Below are positions 21,001 to 29,125 of a stretch of 64,000 nt of DNA, one piece after another. The notes beneath the pieces were generated by a model, which was given only the letters and a program-made list of their open reading frames with translations, was not told the DNA's origin and ran no database searches. Position numbers and translations under genes: made by a program. Source of the DNA: Ignavibacteria bacterium (GTDB lineage: Bacteria > Bacteroidota > Ignavibacteria > Ch128b); contig JAOAHM010000070.1 in assembly GCA_026415235.1 (NCBI GenBank), forward strand, positions 826 to 64,825, read 5' to 3'. The first letter of the stretch is position 1. The number at the start of each line of letters is the position of its first letter.

Positions 21001-24000
21001 ATTCAATATCAATTAGGAAGTGGCGATTCAATAAGATTATTCTGGTACCTACCTCAAAATGTCACGGGACAATTGCAAGATTTATTCGGTGGGGTATTAG
21101 TAAATATCCCAATGAGTGGTGCTGGTAGGTATACTGTTACAAATCCAGCATTAAACAAATTGAAAATCACATTGACTTACGCTGCTCAACCTGCAAGTGT
21201 TCAAGTTGTACAACCTAATGGTGGGGAAGTTTTAGTAGTAGGTCAGACTTATCAGATAATTTGGAATGCATCAGGAATTAGTCAAGTTAAACTTGAATAT
21301 ACAACTAACAATGGTACAACTTGGATTAATATTGCGACAGTTCCAGCCTTAACTACAAATAAAGTTAAATTGGATGGAAAACATCCAAAAGATCCTAACG
21401 CATATATTGAAGGTACATTAGGAACCTATAACTGGACTGTTCCGAATACGCCGTCTAATCAATGTAGAGTCAGAGTTTCCGATGCATCTAATCCATCAAT
21501 ATTTGATGTGAGCGATAATGTATTCACTATCACTGCACCAATGTCTGAAGGGTGGACCGTTCAGACTAGCGGTGTGACAGCAGCTCTTTATTCAGTAAGT
21601 GTAGTGAATGATAATGTTGCTTGGGCATGTGGTGCTGGTGGTGTTGTTATTCGAACAACAAACGGAGGTCAAACTTGGCAAACAGTAACTTCGCCAAGAG
21701 CAGTTGATGCTTATGTTATGTGGGCAATTGATGCTAACAAAGCATTTGTTGGTACAAGTGGAACTTCTGATGCAATTATCCACATGACTACAAATGGTGG
21801 TCAAACCTGGACAAATGTTTATACTATTACTGGTGGTTTCTTAAATGTAATTAGATTTATTGATGCTAATAATGGTTGGGCACAAAGTGACCCTGTTGGT
21901 GGCAACTGGGTACTTTTAAGAACAACCAATGGTGGATTAACTTGGACATCAATGGCAACAGTTCCACAAGCTGGTTCTGAATATGGATGGAATAATTCAG
22001 GTTGGGATAAATCAGGTAGAATGTGGTTCGGTACTAATAATTCGAGAATCTACTATTCAACTAACAACGGTTCAACATGGTCATTTGCAACTACAACTTC
22101 TGTAAACTCTTATGCAGTTGCATTTGATAATAATCTTATAGGTTTATCAGGATTTGGTGCCGGTGTATTAAATAAATCTACAAATGGTGGTGTAAATTGG
22201 AGTGCAATTACTTCTCCAACTACATCAGATGTTACAGGTATTGCTAATGTTTTGAATAATGAGTTCTTCGTTTCAGCTGGTGGTACAGTATGGAAAACAA
22301 CAGATGGTGGTTCAAACTGGACAATTAGCTACGGTGGTACAACCACAGTTTATCATTTATTCATGGTTCCAACACTAACTGAGAATCAACCAACAGTTGG
22401 TTGGGCAGTTGGTGCAAATGGATTAGTTTTAAAATACAGAAGACAAATACAACAACCTTCAGTTCAAGTCGTTCAACCAAACGGTGGTGAGAATTGGGCT
22501 GTTGGTTCAACTCAAAATATTATTTGGAATGCTCAGTTAGTTTCTAATGTAAAATTAGAATATACAACTAATAATGGTCAAAGCTGGATACACATTGCTA
22601 CTGTTCCTGCAGTCAAAGTGCAAAAGGTCAAGTTAGATGGTTATTCTCCAAAAGATCCTAATTCTGTTATTGAGGGAGAATTAGGAGTTTATGCTTGGGT
22701 AATTCCAAATACTCCTTCAACACAATGCAAAGTTCGCGTTTCAGATGCATCAAATCCTGCAGTCTTTGATGAAAGTGATAATACATTCACAATCTCAGCA
22801 GGTGTAATTGGTGAAAGTTGGACAGTTCAAAACAGTGGTACTACAGCTACATTATATAGTGTTTCTACTGTTGATGCTAATGTTGCATGGGCTGCTGGAA
22901 CTGGTGGTGTTGTTATTAGAACAACAAATGGTGGAACTACATGGCAAACAGTCACTTCACCAAGAGCAGTTGATGCCCATGTCATTTGTGGTATTAATGC
23001 TAACAAGGCATTAGTTGCTACAAATGGTACTTCTGATGCAGTAATTCATTTAACTACAAATGGTGGTCAAACCTGGCAGAGTGTATTTACTCAAGCTGGT
23101 GGTTTCATTAATGTGATTATTATGTTCGATGAAATGAATGGATTTGCTCAAGGTGATCCTGTTGGAAATACCTGGACATTGTTAAAGACAACAGATGGCG
23201 GTTTAACTTGGACATCAGCTTCTACTTTAGCTCCTGTGGGTGGTGAATATGGTTGGAATAACGGTGGATGGAATGTAGGTGACAATATTTGGTTTGGTAC
23301 GAATAATTCAAGAGTATATAAATCTACAAATCGTGGCGCATCTTGGACTTCAGCACCAACAACAGTAGTTAATAGCTATTCAGTTGTATTTGCTGATGCT
23401 CAGAAAGGTCTTGTTGGTTCTGCAACTGGTACTGCTAACAAATCAACTGATGGTGGAAATACATGGACTGCAATAACAACTCCTGCAACTGGTAATATTC
23501 TCGGTATGACTACTATTGGTGGTGAAGAATTCTGGTTCACTTCTGGAACGGGAGTGTTCTATTCAAGTAACCACGGTACAAATTGGTCTACAAGCCATAC
23601 TGCAACACAATCATTGTATCATATACATTTCAAAGGATTAGGTGGACCTAACGCAGTTGGATATGCAGTTGGTGCAAGCGGTTATGTTGCAAAATACTTC
23701 AGAGGACCTGTTACTCCTCAAATTACAGTTGTCTCACCAAATGGTGGTGAAAACTGGACTGTTGGTTCTACACGGCAAATCGTTTGGAATGCACAAGGTG
23801 TTCAAAATGTTCGATTAGAATATACAACCAATAATGGAACAAGTTGGATTTTCATCGCAACAGTACCAGCAGTAACTCAAAAAGTAAATAATAAAGATGC
23901 AGAACAACTTGGCAAGCCAACAGAGGGTGTATTAGGTACTTATAATTGGGTTGTACCAAATACTCCTTCTAATCAATGCCGAGTTAGAGTATCTGATGCT

Positions 24001-26169
24001 ACAAACGCAAGTATTTTCGATGTTAGCGATAATGTTTTCACAATTAGTACTGGTGCTCCTGGTCCACAATTACAATTTAATTATAATATTTCATCCTTAG
24101 CACCAGGCGCTTTTTCACTTTATGGCTCTGAATTTGATGGACAATATTTTTATGTAACTCGATGGAGTGAACCTAAGATTTTCAGAATTAATAAAGCTGG
24201 TACTCAGATTGACTCGTTTACAATTACTGGTTTACCAAGTGGTGGTATTAGAGACTTAGCATTTGATGGTCAGTTCTTATATGGAAGTAATAATTCAACA
24301 ACAGTGTATAGAATTGACAGAACAACATTCGCAGCTACAACTGCATTTACATCACCAATTGCAGTAAGAGGAATTTCCTATAATGCTGCTATGAATGCAT
24401 TCTGGGTTGCTAACTGGTCAACCGATATCGTGTTGGTAAGTCGAACTGGTGCAACATTATACACAATTCCAGCTGCACAACATGGTTTCACTGGTATGTC
24501 TGGCAATGCATACGATACATTATCAGCTGGAAGTCCTTATCTATGGATATTTAGTGGTGGAACTGCCACCGATCCAAAGATACTTTATAAGGTAAATCCT
24601 GTTAATGGTCAAAGATTGGATAGTATCGTTGTTACTGATATCTTACCAACTGGTGCAATTGGTGGTGGTCTATGGGTTACCAAAGATTTCGAACCAAATA
24701 CAGTTACATTAGGTGGTTCATCACAAGCTGTTCCTCATAGACTATTTGGTTATAAGATACATGAATTCGGACCAATTCCAGGAACTATTACATTACTAAC
24801 TCCAAACGGTGGAGAGGTTTACTATCGTGGTCAATGGCAATTAATTACTTGGAAATCTATTGATTTCGATACAAGAGTGAAGATTAAATTCTCAAGTGAC
24901 GGTGGAAATACATTCATTGATATAGCAACAAATGTTTTGAATAATGGTCTCTATGCGTTCCAGATTCCAACAAATGCGGTGGTTGGAAACAATTACTTGA
25001 TTAGAATTGAATCACAAAATGACCCGACTAAATTTGATGTTTCTGATGCACCATTCTCTGTTCTTGCTGCTCCTTATACATTACCTGTGGTTGACCTTCC
25101 AATGGTCATTTCAGATAATCAGAATAGCAGATTGTTGAGATTTGGTTTAGATCCAGCTGCAACTGATGGTATTGATACTCAATTTGGTGAAGAAGAATTA
25201 CCACCAGTACCACCAGCTGGAGTACTTGATGCTCGATTTATTGGTGATGATATTGGTCTTAATCTTGGACAAGGATTAGCATTAGATTATCGCTTTGGAA
25301 GAAACAATGCCCCAAGCGTTAAAACACATGAAATTAGATTCCAGAGAGGTCATGGCAATACAATAGTAATCAATCTTTATTTACCAACTGATGTAACAGC
25401 AAGATTCCAGTCATTGACTCCTGGTTTCGATACCACAGTTAGTGGTGTTGCACGATTTGTTGTTAGTGATACTTTATTGAATAAATTGAGAATTACATTG
25501 AATTACTTCCCGAATGCTGTTCTGGGTCAATTCAACCTTGTTGGTCCATTTAATAACCAATTGGTGGCTGCAAGACAAAATGACTCAACGCTTGTTACAT
25601 TCAGATGGAATAAATCGAGAAATGCTGTTCAATACAGATTGAGAATGGGTGTACCATCTATTCCACCATTTATGTTGGATGTACCATCTAACGTAAACGG
25701 TACTGATACAGTCTTAACAATAAGACAAATGGACTTATTCAATATCTTTACTAAGCCAAATCATCCTGTTGACACAACAATTAATGGTCAATGGGCTGTA
25801 TGGGCTTATGATGTGAATGGTGACTCATTGAGAAGTCAAAGTGTCTATACAATTAGATTGAGATTAATCAAGACAACAGGTGTTGAAGATAATAATATTA
25901 CACCAGATAGATTTGTATTGCATCAAAACTATCCGAACCCATTCAATCCATCAACATTAATTAAATTCGGATTACCTGAAGATGCATATGTAACATTAGA
26001 AGTCTATAATGTGGTCGGTGAAAAAGTTGCGACACTTGTTGCAGAAAATCTGAGAAAAGGAAATCATGAAGTTGTCTTTGATGCAAGTGGATTACAATCT
26101 GGTGTTTATTTCTATAAGATTAACGCCGGTAAGTTTAGCGCTGTAAAGAAGATGTTGTTGATTAAATAA
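18022..26169 (+). CDS. Giant T9SS cargo protein P2 (2715 aa): adhesin-like multi-domain protein with a choice-of-anchor-J/MAM-like domain, two beta-propeller-like X regions, six Ig-like domains, two Asp-box propellers, three ELPP modules and a Por CTD
   Basis: The ORF track starts at 17929. However, AAAGGAGAG precedes the ATG at 18022, which opens a signal peptide (MKKLLLSLVLLVTFATMAYSQ). The upstream 31 codons cover the intergenic hairpin. C-terminus: [14 protein letters not shown]...GVYFYKI...KKMLLIK. Confidence 0.9.
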   Translation: MKKLLLSLVLLVTFATMAYSQYAESFFTSNPNYKLELERSGSNFISIPASINYKPLGVINWSEGFEGTTFPPTGWSVHQLDGGTQTWVRYTTTPIFGTASAAVRWESTTLANDDWLVTPQFQVNAGAFLNFYAKRQSTSFFDSVEIYYSTTGGVPPSGYTRITTVMPQSTTTGELFQVSLASLAGQNVRIAFRYKELDQFRIYLDSIYVETPVTLDAGISAINKPGSLETTLGTAPQIVVRNFGANPTGPFTATLTIQPGGYSQTVNVSSLNSGASVTLDLPQWTPTSKGTYTVTAYTSLSGDLNPQNDTLRKTVVVLEELQRDFTHNVSNIFPAVSLYGVEFDGNYYYMTKWNENKIYRLNKAATVLDSFTISGLSSTVGIRDLAWDGQYLYGSNASTTVYRIDISTFTATPAFTSPVVVRGIAYNKASDAFWVSNWNTDLRLVSRTGTNLQTITAATHGLTGMSGLAYDTLTTGGPYIWVLDGGSDVAPKILYKIRASNGAKVDSFLITHHLPTGAIGGGVFCSNQVIPGVITLGVLNQGTPHLINGYRIGGAQVQGTISILYPMGGENILVNSKQIVVWKSANVQGNVNILVSTDNGATWQPLATNIPNTGFYSVTAAPAPVNNVKIRVVSVTTPTVFGESQAFNIVSGTTPEVDFPLVVSDGTYAEGLRTGLHPTATDGIDTHLGEFELPPSPPTSVFDARLIGSDIGIPQLGNGVLRDYRQGSLTFNGQKVHELKFQMSSLARLTSSNITIYWDLPSNVTGRLQDIVTGNIIDVPMSGLGSYTVSNPSLYNKLKVTYTYTYTPPVTGTIKVLYPNGGEVIRKGSGIVVAWNSNVPGLVRLLGSTDGGNTWVLLRDSLPNTGVFGDVISTTTPESNQWRVRIQSIGNPTIFDDSDGNFTVQGNKLVYIDNPFVISDGQSSVGLYYGIDPNATDGIDLALGEAELPPPPPTGVFDGRFIGADIGVPQLGQGTLKDYRQGGATFSGNKIHEIQYQLGSGDSIRLFWYLPQNVTGQLQDLFGGVLVNIPMSGAGRYTVTNPALNKLKITLTYAAQPASVQVVQPNGGEVLVVGQTYQIIWNASGISQVKLEYTTNNGTTWINIATVPALTTNKVKLDGKHPKDPNAYIEGTLGTYNWTVPNTPSNQCRVRVSDASNPSIFDVSDNVFTITAPMSEGWTVQTSGVTAALYSVSVVNDNVAWACGAGGVVIRTTNGGQTWQTVTSPRAVDAYVMWAIDANKAFVGTSGTSDAIIHMTTNGGQTWTNVYTITGGFLNVIRFIDANNGWAQSDPVGGNWVLLRTTNGGLTWTSMATVPQAGSEYGWNNSGWDKSGRMWFGTNNSRIYYSTNNGSTWSFATTTSVNSYAVAFDNNLIGLSGFGAGVLNKSTNGGVNWSAITSPTTSDVTGIANVLNNEFFVSAGGTVWKTTDGGSNWTISYGGTTTVYHLFMVPTLTENQPTVGWAVGANGLVLKYRRQIQQPSVQVVQPNGGENWAVGSTQNIIWNAQLVSNVKLEYTTNNGQSWIHIATVPAVKVQKVKLDGYSPKDPNSVIEGELGVYAWVIPNTPSTQCKVRVSDASNPAVFDESDNTFTISAGVIGESWTVQNSGTTATLYSVSTVDANVAWAAGTGGVVIRTTNGGTTWQTVTSPRAVDAHVICGINANKALVATNGTSDAVIHLTTNGGQTWQSVFTQAGGFINVIIMFDEMNGFAQGDPVGNTWTLLKTTDGGLTWTSASTLAPVGGEYGWNNGGWNVGDNIWFGTNNSRVYKSTNRGASWTSAPTTVVNSYSVVFADAQKGLVGSATGTANKSTDGGNTWTAITTPATGNILGMTTIGGEEFWFTSGTGVFYSSNHGTNWSTSHTATQSLYHIHFKGLGGPNAVGYAVGASGYVAKYFRGPVTPQITVVSPNGGENWTVGSTRQIVWNAQGVQNVRLEYTTNNGTSWIFIATVPAVTQKVNNKDAEQLGKPTEGVLGTYNWVVPNTPSNQCRVRVSDATNASIFDVSDNVFTISTGAPGPQLQFNYNISSLAPGAFSLYGSEFDGQYFYVTRWSEPKIFRINKAGTQIDSFTITGLPSGGIRDLAFDGQFLYGSNNSTTVYRIDRTTFAATTAFTSPIAVRGISYNAAMNAFWVANWSTDIVLVSRTGATLYTIPAAQHGFTGMSGNAYDTLSAGSPYLWIFSGGTATDPKILYKVNPVNGQRLDSIVVTDILPTGAIGGGLWVTKDFEPNTVTLGGSSQAVPHRLFGYKIHEFGPIPGTITLLTPNGGEVYYRGQWQLITWKSIDFDTRVKIKFSSDGGNTFIDIATNVLNNGLYAFQIPTNAVVGNNYLIRIESQNDPTKFDVSDAPFSVLAAPYTLPVVDLPMVISDNQNSRLLRFGLDPAATDGIDTQFGEEELPPVPPAGVLDARFIGDDIGLNLGQGLALDYRFGRNNAPSVKTHEIRFQRGHGNTIVINLYLPTDVTARFQSLTPGFDTTVSGVARFVVSDTLLNKLRITLNYFPNAVLGQFNLVGPFNNQLVAARQNDSTLVTFRWNKSRNAVQYRLRMGVPSIPPFMLDVPSNVNGTDTVLTIRQMDLFNIFTKPNHPVDTTINGQWAVWAYDVNGDSLRSQSVYTIRLRLIKTTGVEDNNITPDRFVLHQNYPNPFNPSTLIKFGLPEDAYVTLEVYNVVGEKVATLVAENLRKGNHEVVFDASGLQSGVYFYKINAGKFSAVKKMLLIK
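18988..19683 (+). repeat. X1: ~232-aa propeller-like region of P2, duplicated as X2
   Basis: LYGVEFDGNYYYMTKWNENKIYRLNKA...IRDLAWDGQYLYGSN.STTVYRID...VRGIAYN...AFWVSNW aligns along its whole length with 24070-24775. Confidence 0.85.
19981..20450 (+). repeat. ELPP module 1 of P2
   Basis: VVSDG...GLHPTATDGIDTHLGEFELPPSPPTSVFDARLIGSDIGIPQLG...DYRQG...HE.KFQ...KLKVTYT. Confidence 0.8.
20746..21180 (+). repeat. ELPP module 2 of P2
   Basis: FVISDGQ...GIDPNATDGIDLALGEAELPPPPPTGVFDGRFIGADIGVPQLG...DYRQGG...HEIQYQ...KLKITLTY. Confidence 0.8.
21199..24060 (+). repeat. Tandem units in P2: 21199-22461 (421 aa), 22462-23721 (420 aa), partial third 23722-~24060
   Basis: Each full unit has an Ig-like domain (VQVVQPNGGE...W...KLEYTTNNG.(T/S)WI.IATVPA...CRVRVSDASNP) plus a propeller rich in Asp-box-like TTNGG.TW motifs (Ycf48/BNR-like). 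The third unit keeps only the Ig-like part. Confidence 0.9.
24070..24775 (+). repeat. X2: second copy of the propeller-like region of P2
   Basis: LYGSEFDGQYFYVTRWSEPKIFRINKA...IRDLAFDGQFLYGSNNSTTVYRID...VRGISYN...AFWVANW. Colinear with X1. Confidence 0.85.
25069..25510 (+). repeat. ELPP module 3 of P2
   Basis: MVISDNQ...GLDPAATDGIDTQFGEEELPPVPPAGVLDARFIGDDIGLNLG...DYRFG...HEIRFQ...KLRITLNY. Confidence 0.8.
25912..26166 (+). other. Por/T9SS type-A C-terminal sorting domain of P2
   Basis: [42 protein letters not shown]...GVYFYKINAGKFSAVKKMLLIK. Confidence 0.9.
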
Positions 26170-26208
26170 TTCAGAATCATTGAGATTGCACAATGGTTCG
26201 ATCAAAGT

Positions 26209-26232
26209 GAAAGCCCGTGAATTCGGGCTTTC
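26209..26232 (+). terminator. Rho-independent terminator after P2
   Basis: GAAAGCCCG (26209-26217), 6-nt loop, CGGGCTTTC (26224-26232), followed by GCTTTAATTAAT. Confidence 0.8.
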
Positions 26233-26257
26233 GCTTTAATTAATAAGATAAATTATT

Positions 26258-29107
26258 ATGGTAGTTTTCATGAAAAAATTTATCGTTTATTTTTTAATTG
26301 TCTTATCAAGCATTGCTTGGTCACAAGGTAAAGTATCTGAAAATCTTCATAACTATTTGAGTTCTATTAGAACTTCTGAACCGATAAAGATTTGGGTATA
26401 CTTTATTGATAAAGGCTCTGACTTGAATAAATATTTTATTAATCCAGAACTTGTAGTTAGTAAGCAATCCTTAGAAAGAAGAAAAAAGGTTTTACCTGAT
26501 GATAAACTTATAGATTATGATGATTTACCTGTTTCAAGCCAATATCTTAATCAATTAAAAGATTATGTTGTTGAATTCAAACATTGTTCAAAATGGTTTA
26601 ATGCAGTAAGTGCGTACGTTCTTCCTGAGCAAATTAATCAAATAGCATCTTTATCCTTTGTAAAAAAAGTTGATTTAGTCGAAAAGTTTAAGAAGAGATT
26701 AGAACCTATTGAAGAAAACAATTCAGAGTTTGATCAACAAAATAAATTAAATGTTACAGTTGAAGGTACAACTTTACTCAACTATGGTGCCTCGTTAACG
26801 CAAAATCAACAAATTAATGTTGTTGCGGTTCATAATACTGGAAATTATGGTCAGGGAGTTAGGATTTGCGTAATGGATGCTGGCTTTAACAGATTAACAC
26901 ATGAAGTTTTTCAAAACATGAATATAATTGCAACATGGGATTTCGTTAATAATAGACCTTATGTTGGTGATGGTCAAGGTGGTGCTGGTTCAGGAACTCA
27001 TGGAACTCAAACACTTTCAACAATTGGTGGTTTTAAGGAAGGCCAATTGATTGGACCAGCATTTGGTGCAACCTATATTCTTGCTAAAACAGAAAATACA
27101 GAAAGTGAAACACCAATTGAGATGGATAATTGGATACGAGCTCTTGAATGGGCAGATAGCATTGGAGTTGATGTTACAAGCACATCGCTTGGATATTTAG
27201 AATTCGATCCACCTTATCCAAGTTATAATTGGACACACATGGATGGAAACACAGTTCCTATCACGATTGCAGCTGACTTAGCAGTGAAAAGAGGAATTGT
27301 AGTAGTTAACTCAGCTGGAAATGAAGGTTATAATGCGACAAGAAATACTTTAGTCGCACCAGCTGATGGAGATAGTGTTATTGCAGTAGGTGCTGTTACT
27401 TCTTCAGGTGCAAGAGCATCATTTAGTTCGGTTGGTAATACAGTTGATGGAAGAATTAAACCTGATGTAATGGCAATGGGAAGTGGAGTTAGAGTTGCGA
27501 GTGCATATTCTGATAATGGATATACAAGTGCAAGTGGTACATCATTTTCATGCCCTCTTGCTGCTGGCGTTGCTGCTCTTATTTTATCAGAAAATCCTTC
27601 CTTAACCCCGATGCAGGTTCGTGATGCAATGAGAAATACAGCAAGTAATGCAAATTCACCAAATCGTGAAATGGGTTGGGGAATACTCAATGCTCTGCAA
27701 GCAGTTAATTACTATAATATAAATTTTTCTCACACTCCACCATTAGATACAACGAATGTGAATGGTCCATACAAAATAGCCGCAAAAATTACATCTCGAT
27801 TGGGAATTAATTCATCATCTGTAAAATTATTTTGGGGAAGAGGTACAATTACTGATTCAATTTTAATGATGGAAGCACCTGGTGATACATTCTATGCTTT
27901 TATTCCAGGAAATGGACAATCAGCAATTTATAAATATTATATTGAGGCAAGAACTGCAGATGGAAAAATTGTTAAAAGACATCCCAAAAGAGCACCACAA
28001 GAATTATTAGAATTCAAAGTTGGAAATTTTGCTTCTGTGAGTGTTAACTCTGGATGGAATTTAATGTCAGTTCCTGTCCAAACTCAAAACTTAACTATAA
28101 ATCAAGTTTTTCAAAATGTAACTTCATCTGCATATTATTTTGATGGAAGATATATCACTCGTGATACGATTGTACCTGGTTATGGATTTTGGTTGAAATT
28201 TAGTTCAAATAATAATTTTTCAATTCCAGGTAATCCTCTAACAGCAATCTCATTACCTGTTAAAGCTGGTTGGAATTTAATTGGCTCATTGAATACGACA
28301 ATTCCAGTTTATACTGTATCAAGTGTACCTCCCAATATTATCTCAACACCTTTTTATGGTTATAATGGTGGATATTTTAACTCGCCACAAATTGAAAGAG
28401 GAAAAGGATATTGGGTAAAAGTTCTTCAAGATGGTTATTTAATTTTGAACTCGTCAAATAAAAACAATTTGAATATTAACTTTGTTGATATTGAAACAAA
28501 TAAATTAGTCATCTCTGATAATTCAGGCAATAGAGGTGAATTAATTTTTTCATCAGTTGACTATGATCCAGAGTTACCACCAATTCCACCTTCAAATGCT
28601 TTTGATGTTCGTTTTCAAGATTCAAAATTAACTTCAACATCTGACGAAAATTTAATTTTACTACAAGGCATTAATTCACCATTAAATTTATTCTTGTCTC
28701 CGAAGTCAGATTTGTCTTTAGAGTTTTACCAACCACTTACTAATGAATTTATCACAAGAATTAAACCAGGTGAATCAAAAATTCTCGAATTAAATAATCT
28801 TAATTCGTTGAAAGTAAAGGTAGTTCGTGAGAAACTTGTGTATCAATTGTTCCAAAATTATCCTAATCCTTTTAATTCAACTACAAAAATAGATTTTGTA
28901 TTACCAGAAAATTCATTTGTAAAACTCATAGTTTATGATGTACTTGGTAATGAGGTATTAAGATTAATTAATCAAAATCTTGAAAGAGGTCATTACTCAA
29001 TTAACTTAGATATTCTTAAATTGAAAGAGCTTAGTTCTGGAATTTATTTTTATAAACTTCATGCAGGTAATTTTGTTCAAACAAAAAAAATGATTTATCT
29101 CAAATAA
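26258..29107 (+). CDS. T9SS-secreted subtilisin-family (S8) serine endopeptidase P3 with the shared C-terminal cassette
   Basis: Signal peptide starting at the ATG at 26270 (MKKFIVYFLIVLSSIAWSQ). I9-like propeptide. Catalytic residues: D (CVMDAGF), H (GTHGTQT), N (NSAGNEG), S (SGTSFSCPLAAG). C-terminus: NYPNPFNSTT...GIYFYKL...KKMIYLK. Confidence 0.92.
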   Translation: MVVFMKKFIVYFLIVLSSIAWSQGKVSENLHNYLSSIRTSEPIKIWVYFIDKGSDLNKYFINPELVVSKQSLERRKKVLPDDKLIDYDDLPVSSQYLNQLKDYVVEFKHCSKWFNAVSAYVLPEQINQIASLSFVKKVDLVEKFKKRLEPIEENNSEFDQQNKLNVTVEGTTLLNYGASLTQNQQINVVAVHNTGNYGQGVRICVMDAGFNRLTHEVFQNMNIIATWDFVNNRPYVGDGQGGAGSGTHGTQTLSTIGGFKEGQLIGPAFGATYILAKTENTESETPIEMDNWIRALEWADSIGVDVTSTSLGYLEFDPPYPSYNWTHMDGNTVPITIAADLAVKRGIVVVNSAGNEGYNATRNTLVAPADGDSVIAVGAVTSSGARASFSSVGNTVDGRIKPDVMAMGSGVRVASAYSDNGYTSASGTSFSCPLAAGVAALILSENPSLTPMQVRDAMRNTASNANSPNREMGWGILNALQAVNYYNINFSHTPPLDTTNVNGPYKIAAKITSRLGINSSSVKLFWGRGTITDSILMMEAPGDTFYAFIPGNGQSAIYKYYIEARTADGKIVKRHPKRAPQELLEFKVGNFASVSVNSGWNLMSVPVQTQNLTINQVFQNVTSSAYYFDGRYITRDTIVPGYGFWLKFSSNNNFSIPGNPLTAISLPVKAGWNLIGSLNTTIPVYTVSSVPPNIISTPFYGYNGGYFNSPQIERGKGYWVKVLQDGYLILNSSNKNNLNINFVDIETNKLVISDNSGNRGELIFSSVDYDPELPPIPPSNAFDVRFQDSKLTSTSDENLILLQGINSPLNLFLSPKSDLSLEFYQPLTNEFITRIKPGESKILELNNLNSLKVKVVREKLVYQLFQNYPNPFNSTTKIDFVLPENSFVKLIVYDVLGNEVLRLINQNLERGHYSINLDILKLKELSSGIYFYKLHAGNFVQTKKMIYLK
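28052..29104 (+). other. Shared C-terminal cassette, copy in P3
   Basis: Twin module at 28052-28447. ELPPIPPSNAFDVRF at 28571-28615. CTD at 28841-29104. Confidence 0.85.
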
Positions 29108-29125
29108 TAGTCCATAGAGGTTAAT

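Noticed and set aside
27328-27690. Antisense ORF (120 aa) inside the S8 peptidase gene. Similar antisense or alternate-frame ORFs occur at 12451-12726, 20472-20729, 33709-33978, 35365-35733, 51149-51511 and 52096-52383.
   Set aside because: All lie fully inside strongly supported genes with recognisable motifs. Their translations are low-complexity, lack start-site signals and match no family I recognise. They are typical shadow ORFs.
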